This document shows, in pieces, positions 26,150 through 38,305 of a DNA stretch of 64,000 nt; within the stretch, counting starts at the first letter, position 1; each line of letters starts with the position of its first letter. A program made the translations under genes and the position numbers. The stretch is from the NCBI GenBank assembly GCA_964016885.1, contig OZ024746.1, positions 64,108,001 to 64,172,000 of the forward strand. The letters run 5' to 3'. The stretch is from Eledone cirrhosa. Taxonomy: Eukaryota. The notes beneath the pieces were generated by a model. It did not search any database. It worked only from the letters and a program-made list of their open reading frames with translations, and had not been told where the DNA came from.

Positions 26150-26990
26150 ATGATTTCGAAATAACATCTGACAGTGACAAGTTTTCCTTGATTTAAGTGT
26201 GGCATTCAATTCAGTTAATTTTGACATCCTCATGCTCATCTACTTATTCTATTTTCACTTCACTAGAAAACACTAGGTTTTACGTATTGATGCCACTTAT
26301 AGAAAACCGATGATACTAGACTGTGGCCTAGCTTAGGGTTCAGTATTTAGCTCTCTCTTGTACTCACTATACATCACTCCTGATAGCTCTCAGGTTGAAA
26401 CATCAGATTTATATGGATGATGTAATTTTATGTCTCTCTCCAGACCTACAGCATACATAATTATATTTCTTTACTGTCACATTTTTGGATCAGATTCTGG
26501 ACTGGCTCACATCTAACAAGTTAAAATTAAACTCAAATAAAATTGAGGTGTTTTTAATATCTATAATAAACATATTCAGATCTTATCTTTGATTCTGGCA
26601 AAAAGTTCAAAAAGTTTCATATATACCTAAAGTTTAATGATCACATCAGGACTATTCATAGAAATGTCTATTTTATCTGCACAGTTTATGTAAGATCAGG
26701 TAATTTCTGAGTGAAGAATATGCAGAACATTTGATTCATTGTTTTATTTGCCAGTAATTTGGGTTATTCTAATGTTATTCTGTCTGAAATTGGCCAAACA
26801 CAATTGAAAAATCTCCAAATCATTCAAAATACTTGTATAAATTTTGTTAAGCAACTATGTAGAGATTGAACATGTTAGACCAGTATTAATAGAACTTCAC
26901 TGGCTACCTATATATATATATATAGTAATAAATGCAAATTTCTGTGCATGTATCTGCATGACCTTCTGACAAATATAAGTATTGTTCTTA
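26150..26990 (+). pseudogene. Old L2-clade LINE RT relic (continues at 28075-28200)
   Basis: FLDLSVAFNSVNFDIL, WLTSNKLKLNSNKIE and EHVRPVLIELHWLP, then RAFVYIAPCFWNSLPTNIR and KTHLF at 28.1 kb; many stops and frameshifts. Confidence 0.75.
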
Positions 26991-27104
26991 AGTATTCAAG
27001 TAAATAAACTTCAAAATCAAGTATGTCATCACAAGTTCATATCATATTCTCTGTTTATGAAAAAAATTTTGACTTTTAATGGTGATCACTTTTTGATGAG
27101 TTAC

Positions 27105-27540
27105 ATAGTACCATGTTGTCTGCAAATTCCAGCCGACTGATCCTACACCCATGACTCTTAATATCACTTCCAACCCGACTGCGATTACGAACAGGAGAGG
27201 TGACAGTATGCACTATTGGCGTATTCCAACACCCACATTGAATGGTTTTGACATCTGAAAACGAATACTAGGGCATTTGTATAGAGATCACAGCTCCAAT
27301 ACTACAGGCATGTGGTTAGAATGTCTAAGTAAAGTTATTATGGGTAAAGCCAACTAGCAGAATATCTAGAGGTAGACCATAAGTAAGATGTTTGGATAAA
27401 ATCCATAACCATGCTTGGCCTCACTCGGGGATCCAGCCAGGTCATTTGGAGACAGTTCCTTCTCATAGGACCCTCTGGAAGGTGTGTCTGAGGACTCTGC
27501 CCCACGACTTTCCCAGGAATAAGTAGGCAAAGAAGAATAA
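27105..27540. mobile_element. Second RTE family insertion with inverted 5' RT piece
   Basis: Minus 27105-27275: SKPFNVGVGIRQ*CILSPLLFVI and ISRLEFADNMVL; plus 27282-27540: RTE 3' end similar to 32845-33245. Confidence 0.7.
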
Positions 27541-28504
27541 TTATAAGTGATTTGTTATACTGTGCAATCCTAGAATAAGGGTCAAAGAGTATCTGGAAGG
27601 CAATAAAAAAAAAAAATTTAAATTAGCATGGGTTTGAATCTCATCAAAGATTCTTGCTTGGGCTATATCAATCATGCCTTTGCTCATTTTATATCTTTGC
27701 TTAATCCAGATAAGGGTCACCATTTTGTAGGGAATAAATGTTGTATTAAATAAAATAAATAGCAATTTGGTGCAAGTTCATATCATTTGCATGTCAAAAA
27801 TGTAGTTTTTCCCTTTTCATACATTTCTATAGACAATAGATTGTTAGATACAATATAAAAGGCATGCTCATTCAAATACTCTAGCAGAAAGCTGCACAGA
27901 GGGCAGTATTTCTACCAGTTATTGAATAAAATTCAAAATATGCTCTATTGTCCATAAGTGTGTATTTGGCTCCACACCAAAATATTTCAAGGGCCTATTA
28001 AGTTTAGCTTGAGCAGCCCTTGCATCACATAATTTCATCGATCTTATTCTTCTAACTCATCAGTAACTATACATTTAGTAGAGCTTTTGTCTATATTGCT
28101 CCATGTTTCTGGAATTCTTTGCCAACCAATATAAGAGTGTTAACTGATTATACAGTTTTTCATAATAATTTAAAAACACATCTTTTTTTCCGAATATCTT
28201 AATTCGAATTAATTGATTATATATATATATTGCTTCTTTTGTTAGATCATGTATTCGTAAACTTTTGATGGTTCTATATATACACTTTGATTGTATTATG
28301 TACTGAATTGTGTTAAAATTGAATTAACAACAATAATAATAATAATGATTTATTTTATTTGCCACAAGGATGCCAAATGAGGGAACACTACAAAGATAAT
28401 TGCATAGTGTGGGGCTTTATACAGAAAAGAAAAAAAAAATAATTGAAATAAATTACACACACACACACATGCACGCACGCACACGATAAAAAGCTGTCAG
28501 CTCT

Positions 28505-30334
28505 CACTGTAAAGTGGTCATGTAGGTGTCACAACAACAAGCACCCAGTCCACACTGTAAAGTGGTCGGGTAGGTGTCACAATAAAAGGCACCCAGTCCA
28601 AATTCTAAAGTGGTCGAGTAGGTGCCACGACAACAAGCTCCGTGTCCACACTGTAAAGTAGTCGGGTAGGTGTCACAACAACAAGCACCCAGTCCACACT
28701 GTAAAGTGGTCGGGTAGATGTCACAATAAAAGGCACCCAGTCCAAATTCTAAAGTGGTCAAGTAGGTGTCACAACAACAAGCTCCATGGCCACACTGTAA
28801 AGTGGCCGGGTAGGTGTCACAACAAAAACTCCCAGTCCACGCTGTAAAGTAGTCATGTAGGTGTCACGACAACAAGCACCCAGTCCACACTGTAAAGTGG
28901 TCGGGTAGGTGTCACGAAAACAAGCACCCAGTCCACATTCTAAAGTGGTTGGGTAGGTGTCACAACAACAAGCTCCATGTCCACACTGTAAAGTGGCCGG
29001 GTAGGTGTCACAACAAAAGCTCCCAGTCCACGCTGTAAAGTAGTCATGTAGGTGTCACGACAACAAGCACCCAGTCCACACTGTAAAGTGGTCGGGTAGG
29101 TGTCACGAAAACAAGCACCCAGTCCACATTCTAAAGTGGTTGGGTAGGTGTCACGACAATAAGCTCGCAGTCCACACTGTAAAGTGGTCGGGTAGGTGTC
29201 ACGACAACAAGCACCCAGTCCACACTGTAAAGTGGTCATGTAGGTGTCATGACAAAATCACCCAGTTCACACTGTAAAGTGGTCGGGTAGGTGCCACGAC
29301 AACAAGTACCCAGCCCACACTGTAAAGTGGTCATGTAGGTGTCATGACAAAAATCACCCAGGACTCACTGTAAAGTGGTCGGGTAGGTGTCACAACAACA
29401 AGCTCCCAGTCAACACTGTAAAGTAGTCATGTAGGTGTCACAACAAAAAGACAAAAAGTACCCAGCCCACACTGTAAAGTGGTCATGTAGGTGTCATGAC
29501 AAAAATCACCCAGGACTCACTGTAAAGTGGTCGGGTAGGTGTCACAACAACAAGCACCCAGTCCACACTGTAAAGTGGTCATGTAGGTGTCATGACAAAA
29601 ATCACCCAGTCCACACTGTAAAGTGGCTGGGTAGGTGTCACAACAACAAGCTCCCAGTCCACACTGTAAAGTGGTTGGGTAGGTGTCATGATAAAAAGCA
29701 CCCAGTCCACATTCTAAAGTGGTCGGTAGGTGTCATGACAACAAGCACCCAGGACTCACTGTAAAGTGGTCGGGTAGGTGTCACAACAACAAGCACCCAG
29801 TCCACACTGTAAAGTGGTCATGTAGGTGTCATGACAAAAATCACCCAGTCCACACTGTAAAGTGGCTGGGTAGGTGTCACAACAACAAGCTCCCAGTCCA
29901 CACTGTAAAGTGGTTGGGTAGGTGTCATGATAAAAAGCACCCAGTCCACATTCTAAAGTGGTCGGTAGGTGTCATGACAACAAGCACCCAGTCCACGCTG
30001 TAAAGTGGTCGGGTAGGTGTCACAACAACAAGCACCCAGTCCACACTGTAAAGTGGTCGGGTAGGTGTCACGACAACAAGCTCCCAGTCCACACTGTAAA
30101 GTGGTCGGGTAGGTGTCATGATAAAAGGCACCCAGTCCACATTCTAAAGTGGTCGGTAGGTGTCATGACAAAAAGCACCCAGTACTTACTGTAAATGAGG
30201 TTAACACTAGGAAGGGCATCCAGCTGTAGAAACCAATCCAAAATCGGTTCTGTATGAGCAAGACATGGTCACCACAAGACAATTCGTCTAACTCATGCTA
30301 GCATGGAAAAATGGACGTTAAACGGTGATGATGA
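28505..30334 (+). repeat. 48-bp minisatellite (~35 units) ending in the RTE/SINE tail module
   Basis: Unit cacactgtaaagtggtcgggtaggtgtcacaacaacaagcacccagtc to ~30190, then ggaagggcatccagctgtagaaac...ggacgttaaacggtgatgatga. Confidence 0.95.
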
Positions 30335-31737
30335 CACACACATATATAATCTATATTTAACACTCCGCACATTTGCTTGCACATGCCACTGTATACCTAG
30401 CCACTATCACATGTGTGCACACATTCACCCCTCAAGTTTCCTATGACCCCATCATGGTCAGAAACATTCACCCTCACAACTTTGCATAGACCAACAACAA
30501 ACACACACACACACACATACCTTTACATTTACACTCATAGCTCTGTACAGACCAACAACAAACATGCATGCACACACATTCATAAACTTATACACACACA
30601 TATCCTCACAGCTTCGTATAAACAACAAACACACACATACATATCTACTCTAAATACAAAAGGATTTTTTTCCTTTTTAGAACTATATAAGATGCTTTTG
30701 ATCAGTTTTCCAAAAGATGGCCAACTGAAATACCTACACCATAAGCATTCCTATCATGTTTTCCAAGAGATGGTGAAATGAATAGACCTACTTTTTCTCA
30801 AAATTTCTTTTGTTTCTTCCTCTGCTAACTCTCCTCTATCTTTCTATTTCTTCTTTAATTTCTCATATTTTCTGATGAAGGACTAGCGTCTAACACGTTA
30901 AGACATTTCCTACTATATTTAGCTACTAAATATGAAACTAATATATATTTTCATTATACTTTATCATCTATTGTTTTTTAGGGGGGTTTACTTTTTGCAT
31001 ACATTTAGAATAAACTTTAAGCAGATGTTACATAATGATATTTATTGGATAATACATATTTCATTGACAACAATGTGGAGCTGTTATGATATCATTACAA
31101 CAGCAACCAGCAGTGGTGTGACATCATCAGATGTTAACACATTTATGTGAGAGAGTTGATATGTTGCAGGCAAATGCTTCCAAAGAGTGCCCTTAATTTC
31201 TTACACCTGTTTATCAATGAGATGTCACATCACAATAATTAGCAATTATGTATACATGGTGAACAATATATAACTTACATAACATATATTTATGGAAGGA
31301 AAGACTGGTAAATATTTCTCAATGCTAGATATGAAGCTGGAACCAACAACATTGTTTAAGAGCTCAGTTAACATAGTGAAAGGAAATGTCTTAATTGAGT
31401 GACTCTGAATTGTATTTAGCTGATCTGGAGACACTAAAATGAGATAGAACATAATATGAATCACCTGCTTGTTTTCCAATTACTAAATTTCTGTTGGTGT
31501 TTGGATGATTTGAGAAATAACTTAAAATACGTGAAATGATTTGATAGACATGAAATAATATTTATAATAATAATTTCATTTATTAGCCACAAGGGCCAAC
31601 ATGTAGGGGACAATACAAAGACAGGGACAGTGGAAGTTTACAATAAGATTGAGTGAAAATACACAATAACAAAACCAATTTAACATTTAAAAAAATATAA
31701 AAATAGATTATATATAAAAATATAACAAAATAATAAT

Positions 31738-32830
31738 TGTTTCTACTTTTGGCACAAGGCCAGCAATTATCCCAATGTATTACTGGAGCCTTATTTTATC
31801 GACCCTGTAAGGATGAAAGGCAAAGTTAACCTTGGTGGGATTTGAACTCAGAACGTAAAGGGCCATAACTCTATGCTGCAAAGCATGGTGTCTGACACTC
31901 TCCCTATACTGCCAAACTACCGCTCTTATAATAAAAATAATAATAATGACTTTTTCTATAGGCACAAGGCCAGTAATTTGGGGGGGAAGGGGAAAGTCAA
32001 TTAAATCGATCCCAGTACGTTACTGGTACTTTATTTAATCGACTCCCTAGGATGAAAGGCAAAGTTAACCTTGGCAGGATTTGAACTCAGACTGTAAAGG
32101 GGTGTTACTCTATGTTACAAAGCATGGCGTCTAACCCTCTACTGATACTGCCAATCCACTGCCCTACTATAATAATAATTGTTTCTACTTTTGGCACAAG
32201 GCCAGCAATTAATCCAGTGCATAACTGGTACTTTATTTTATCGACCCCCGTAAGGATGAAAGGCAAAGTTAACCTCGGCAGGATTTGAACCCAGAACGTA
32301 AAGGGCCGTAACTCTATGCTGCAAAGCATGATGTCTGACACTCTACTGATACTGCCACTCTAGCGCCCTTTAAACACAAGGCCAACAATTTTTCAGGGGG
32401 AGGAAAGTCGATTAATTTGACCCCAGTGCATTACTGGCACTTTATCAATCTTGTAAAGATCAAAGGCAAAACTAATCTTGGCAAGATTTGTGATGATAAT
32501 AATGGTTTTTGATTTAGACACAAGGCCAACAATTTGGTGAGGAGGGGAAAGTCAATTAAATCAACCCCAGTGCATTACTGGTACTTTATTGTATCAAGCC
32601 CATAAGGATAAAAGTCAAAGCTAACCTCCACAGGATTTGAAATCAGAATGTAAAGGGCCGTAACTCTATGCTGTGAAGCATGGTGTCCAACACACTACCA
32701 ATACTGCTAATCCAGTGCCCTCAATAATGGTTTCTACTGGTTTCTAATTTAGGCACAAGGCAAACAATTTCAGAGGAGGTGAAAGTCAATTTTATTAGCT
32801 TCAGTTCTTTAGTGGTACTTTATTTTATAA
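31738..32830 (-). mobile_element. Array of five to six head-to-tail SINE A copies
   Basis: Repeated ggatgaaaggcaaagttaacct and ggatttgaactcag separated by (TAA)n. Confidence 0.88.
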
Positions 32831-32844
32831 TCTCTTGAAAGAAT

Positions 32845-33245
32845 ACGATTATGAATACAAGTGGCCGAAATGAGGTTACTTCAAAGGTTCTGTGGAGTAA
32901 TGTTACTCCATAGAGTGTGTAGCTCAGAGATCAGTTACTCTAAGAAGAGCCACTACTTCTTTGAATTGAAAGGTTACAGCTCAGATATTATGGACATGTG
33001 GTTAGAATGTCTCACAAAAGAATTGCTGGACAGATTTTACAGGCAAAAAACCAACTGACAGGAGACCCACGGGTAGACAGCAGGCAAGATGGTTGGATAA
33101 CATCCATGAGCTTGGCTGGTCTCACTTGGGGATCCAGCCAGATCAATTGGAGATGGTTGCTTTTGCCAGGGCTCACTGGAAGCCATGCTTGAGGACACGT
33201 CCCCAACAACCCTCCCTGAAATAAATGAGCAAAGAACAACAACTA
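32845..33245 (+). mobile_element. Second RTE family 3' fragment
   Basis: IQVAEMRLLQR and GHVVRMS motifs, degenerate. Confidence 0.7.
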
Positions 33246-33566
33246 CTCTGGAAAGATTAACCTTGGCAAAATTAACCTTGGTCACCCAGCTAACACAAAC
33301 TACCCTCTAAGCCCTCAAAGCATTTAAAGGAGCTTGTTTCCTGTGACCTCATGCTACTTACAGCTCCTGTGCATCAATCACATACAAAACATACGTTCTT
33401 TGCTAGCCTGCCTGAGATCCCACTACATCTCTTGTGCACCCATAGGACATAGGATGGAATTTCTACCCAGTACTTTCCTGCCCTCTGAGCAAGGCCTTAT
33501 ATATAGTAGTATTAATAAATACAAAGCCCAAAATTCAGAGAAGACTTGATAAGAACTGTATATATA

Positions 33567-33714
33567 TGAGGGTAAGTTAAAAATTATCTGCTCTTTTGCC
33601 ATAACATATCTTTAGGTTTGTCACACTGTCTTATGCTCATGCATGCTTATAGTTGGTACTATTGTGGTCACATGATTGAAGTTTGAGCTTATCGTGCCAG
33701 TTTTCTTGCCCTCG
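33567..33714. mobile_element. mariner-like MITE
   Basis: TA|tgagggtaag ... cttgccctcg|TA termini. Confidence 0.6.
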
Positions 33715-34103
33715 TATATAATCATTATCATCATCATCATCATCATTTCATTTTACGTCTGCTTTTTCCCTGCTTGCAAGGGTGGGGCGGGAACTGATTC
33801 TGGCTTAAGTATATATAAATCTGCAGAGCAAATATTTATTAATAACACAGATTAAAAGTTTAAGCAAACAATTTCTGCTTTCACCCTAAAACGGGATCTT
33901 TATATATTATAATCTGTTGGTCTGTCTGTCTTCTATGTTTGTTTCTATATAGATAGGCCTATGAAACAAGACAAATACACTATTTGTAAGATAGCAAGTT
34001 TACACTAGTAGAAACATAAAGGTAAATATATATTATTTCCTCCTAAGCATGATCCTAACAAGACTTTGCAGTTTTGCATCCTTGCATTTTGTTTTATTTG
34101 TTC

Positions 34104-34156
<53 letters not shown>

Positions 34157-34272
34157 CAGAAGGAATATTCAATTTGTTGGTAATTCAACAAATATAAATG
34201 TTTATAACTGATTCAGAGCACTCGACAAGTTTTCTGGAGTATAAATGGAAGCTATATTTATAAAACCATATT

Positions 34273-34334
34273 TATTCTATTATATATATTTCAAGGGTAC
34301 CAAAAACTTTGGTACGCTTTCATCAGATAAAATA
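34273..34334 (-). ncRNA. Minimal type I hammerhead ribozyme
   Basis: Minus strand: tattttat CTGATGA aagcgtaccaaa gtt tttggtaccctt GAAA t atat ATA| atagaata; stems I and II pair, palindromic loop III. Confidence 0.72.
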
Positions 34335-34426
34335 CAAAGTGTGTTTTATAAATTTTGACATAGCCAAGGAACATATCTTAACGGTTGAAGTTTTCCTAGG
34401 ATTTTAGTAACATGTTTCAACAATCC

Positions 34427-34481
34427 TTATGCTCCGATGATTCCAGACTTTTCTCTGGAAGAAACAATTGTCAGCAAATAA
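34427..34481 (+). ncRNA. Minimal type I hammerhead ribozyme, CCGATGA core
   Basis: tgct CCGATGA ttccaga cttttc tctggaa GAAAC aatt GTC| agca; 7-bp perfect stem II. Confidence 0.65.
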
Positions 34482-34552
34482 ATGTTCTAAACTAAAATTT
34501 GATCGTTTTAACACTTTGTATATATATATATATATACACACATACACATATT

Positions 34553-34595
<43 letters not shown>

Positions 34596-34598
34596 TTG

Positions 34599-34630
<32 letters not shown>

Positions 34631-34634
34631 TATT

Positions 34635-34693
<59 letters not shown>

Positions 34694-34696
<3 letters not shown>

Positions 34697-35441
34697 TATC
34701 TTTATCCCATTACAGAAACTAATTAGTTGGAGTGAAAATTTTAGTAAGTAAGTTCATTTTTAATTCTTTAAAATTTTCTTATTTTACGTCTTTCATATAA
34801 TTGTTCTGCATCCCCCTGCATAGAACCACCTAGGTACTATGACATAACTTATGTATTTGCTAGCCTCAGTGTACATCTGTACGCATATGTTGGTAAATAT
34901 ACTAATTCTCTATATTTATCTCCAAATTATTTATTTGTTGAGCAAACTTGCCAAATCCACTACTAATTCATTGTAGTGGTAGTAGGCTCTTGTCATAATA
35001 CCATCCCACTCCTACTGACTAGCCTCAGTGTCACGTGATTGATTCTTTAGAATCTGCCACTTGACCAGAGACAGTGAACTTTTTCAGTGCTATGGAATTT
35101 AGTCCCCGCTAGCTGTTCCATCCACCGAATTATTATTTTTATATGAGTCCCTAGTGTCCGCGCATTGCCTGGGGACTTAGCTGAGAATAGACTCCCTGAT
35201 GACGTAATGAATTCTCGATGGTTACATTGCGTAACTATCTTTATCCCATTACAGAAACTAATTAGTTGGAGTGAAAATTTTAGTAAGTTAATTTTTAATT
35301 TTTTTAAAATTTTCTTATTTTACATCTTTCATATAATTGTTCTGCATCCCCCTGCATAGAACCACCTAGGTACTATGACATAACTTATGTATTTGCTAGC
35401 ATTAGTGTACATCTGTACGCATATGTTGGTAAATATACTAA

Positions 35442-35445
<4 letters not shown>
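34694..35445 (+). mobile_element. Non-coding 539-bp unit, ~1.4 tandem copies, flanked by microsatellite (retrozyme-like or non-autonomous PLE)
   Basis: aactatctttatcccattacagaaac...ctaattctct repeats at 34694 and 35233; contains an HHR. Confidence 0.75.
35191..35272 (+). ncRNA. Type I hammerhead ribozyme with extended stem II
   Basis: actcc CTGATGA cgtaatg...gatggttac attgc gtaactatc...cattaca GAAAC taatta GTT| ggagt. Confidence 0.75.
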
Positions 35446-35480
<35 letters not shown>

Positions 35481-35605
35481 CACACATACATATTTGTATA
35501 TATATATATATACACACATATTTGTATATATACATACATATACACACATATTTATATTATATATATATATGTTGGCTTCTTGGTCACATTAATTTCTCTA
35601 TTTTC

Positions 35606-35689
<84 letters not shown>

Positions 35690-35690
35690 T

Positions 35691-35744
<54 letters not shown>

Positions 35745-35825
35745 ACTGGTAAATGAAATAATTATCTTATGTTGTTTATTACATAACTAATATATATATA
35801 TATATATATACAAATATGTGTGTGA

Positions 35826-35865
<40 letters not shown>

Positions 35866-35912
35866 CAGGAAAGAAGGTTTACATGGTTTGCCATACAAAA
35901 AAGTTTTTAATC

Positions 35913-36027
35913 ACATAGCTTACATTTGTTTCACTGAACTGGTATGTCTAGAGATCGCTATCCGCCTAATTTTGCGTCACTCGATTGCCAATACAGAATT
36001 ATAACCAGTCAGATCTTCGGAGCATGC
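35913..36027 (-). ncRNA. Type I hammerhead-like motif (CCGAAGA core) in PLE 3' region
   Basis: Minus strand: gcatgct CCGAAGA t ctgactggt...accagttcag t GAAAC aaat GTA| agctatgt. Confidence 0.55.
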
Positions 36028-36382
36028 GAGAATGAAGAAAATACACAGGCAAGAAAAGAAAAGAAAATATGGAGTAGTTATGGCATTCAATTAGAACAAT
36101 AACAACAACAATTATTACAACAATGCTATCAATAAACTATTTAAGGAGACCCTGACATTACTTAGGTGGGGGGTATATAATGTATCTAATGTTACGGCGT
36201 GAAGACCAGCTGTCATAAGGCAAAAAGTATCGTAGTGTGTATCAATTTTAAATTATAAAGATAAGCTAGTTTTTACAGTCTTTCTCTTCATCTTCAACAG
36301 TATACATGAGTGGGACCACTGTCAAAGCTCAATAGTTGTAGAGTTAATACAGAGGTTAACGAATTAATATACGCATATATCT

Positions 36383-36469
<87 letters not shown>

Positions 36470-36782
36470 AATATATATACACATATATGTGTACATAGAC
36501 ACATACATACACATCAATATACACTCGTACAAAAATATACATACATGCAAAGAGAAAAGCGTGCTAATTGTAATTATGGCAAAAAGAAGGTAAAGTAACA
36601 TTGTAGTAGTGAAATGAGAAAAACTAGGATCTAGGATCAAATGATTGCAGCAGCTGAGAAGGAGTAAGATTGTTGGTAGATGAGGTATTTACAGACAATT
36701 GTGTGGTATAGACTTGTGAAGGAAATAGTATACTTAATGAATATATTTCTGTGAGTAGTAGGTATCCTAATTTAAAGCTATG

Positions 36783-37172
36783 TTATGTTGGTTCGATTCT
36801 CGGAGGTTTGAATCTTATGAATTTAGTGGCTATTCTATGTCTGCAGAAGATAGATCTTTCTAACTTATTATTAAGTAGCCTTTTAACATTTCTAAGGATA
36901 TACAATAGCTCAAGATCACACAGCCCGCAATAGGACATCCCTGTACTATAGGTTTTAGCAGCCGACAACTTCGACCAGTTGATAGTGTAGCTAGCGTTGC
37001 CGTCCTTCAATTCCCATATTTTTCTGGCGAGGGTGGTGGAACCCATAAGTGCTCGGTTTTTCATTGAGTGCCTGTGCACATACCATCTTTTCTTAAAAGA
37101 ACCCGCGGTGGATCCTATGTAATTCCAGGTGGAGTTACCCGAGATGACAGTGCACATGTACACCAGGCTCGA
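36783..37172 (-). pseudogene. GIY-YIG endonuclease C-terminal fragment of a PLE
   Basis: SSLVYMCTV...[21 protein letters not shown]; N-terminus replaced by (TA)n. Confidence 0.85.
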
Positions 37173-37282
37173 AATATATATATATATATATATATACACA
37201 TATTTGTATATATATATATATATATATATATATACTCACACGCATATTTGTATATATATATATATATACTCACACACATATT

Positions 37283-37332
<50 letters not shown>

Positions 37333-37338
<6 letters not shown>

Positions 37339-37432
37339 TTATGTAATAAACAACATAAGATAATTATTTCATTTACCAGTGGTTTCTAACCACATGAAAT
37401 AATTATTTTATGTTGTTTATTACATAACTAAT
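37333..37432. repeat. 40-bp-arm hairpin containing half of an HHR core
   Basis: tattggttatgtaataaacaacataagataattatttcat / atgaaataattattttatgttgtttattacataactaata; loop on minus strand reads GAAACcactgGTA. Confidence 0.8.
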
Positions 37433-37509
37433 AAGCTCTGTAGCCTACATAGAGCACTCTTTTTTCCTGTACATTTCCGACGGAAATACTTCATTTATAT
37501 ATATATATC

Positions 37510-38288
37510 ATCATCATTATCATCATCATCATTTAACGTCCATCTTCCACGCTAGCATGGGTTTGGACGGGAGTTTTCCCACTTGAGGCAAGATTGGTTG
37601 TCCTGCTCGTATAGGACTGTCTGGCGGGTTTTCTACGGCTGGGTGCCCTTCCCAACACCAACCACGTTTACAGTGTGGACTGGGAGATTTTTACCGTGTT
37701 ACCTACACGGCCACATCAGAGCGTGGACTGTGTGTTTTTTTGTCGTGATACCTACACGTCTGGCGGGTTTTCTACGGCTGGGTGCCCTTCCCAACACCAA
37801 CCACGTTTACAGTGTGGACTGGGAGGTTTTTACCGTGTTACCTACACGGCCACATTAGAGCGTGGACTGTGTGTTTTTTTGTCGTGATACCTACACGTCT
37901 GGCGGGTTTTCTACGGCTGGGTGCCCTTCCCAACACCAACCACGTTTACAGTGTGGACTGGGAGGTTTTTACCGTGTTACCTACACGGCCACATTAGAGC
38001 GTGGACTGTGTGTTTTTTTGTCGTGATACCTACACGTCTGGCGGGTTTTCTACGGCTGGGTGCCCTTCCCAACACCAACCACGTTTACAGTGTGGACTGG
38101 GAGGTTTTTACCGTGTTACCTACACGGCCACATTACAGCGTGGACTGTGTGTTTTTTTGTCGTGACACCTACACGTGTGGCGGGTTTTCTACGGCTGGGT
38201 GCCCTTCCCAACACCAACCACGTTTACAGCGTGGACTGGGAGGTTTTTACCGTGTTACCTACACGGCCACATTACAGCGTGGACTGTG
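37510..38288 (-). repeat. 139-bp tandem repeat (~4.8 copies) inside an RTE/SINE tail module
   Basis: Matching ORF starts at 37782, 37921 and 38060; monomeric relative at 56040-56298. Confidence 0.93.
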
Positions 38289-38305
38289 AGGTTTATATAT
38301 ATATC

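Larger units (their letters stand above)
35865..37172 (-). mobile_element. 5'-truncated Penelope-like element (GIY-YIG end plus 3' region)
   Basis: ORF 36783..37199: LVY...YIGST...FKKRW...CGLC..E...LLN...CRH; both ends abut (TA)n. Confidence 0.85.

Noticed and set aside
28505-30190. CRISPR-like regular repeats
   Set aside because: Contiguous tandem units without unique spacers, no cas genes, eukaryotic context
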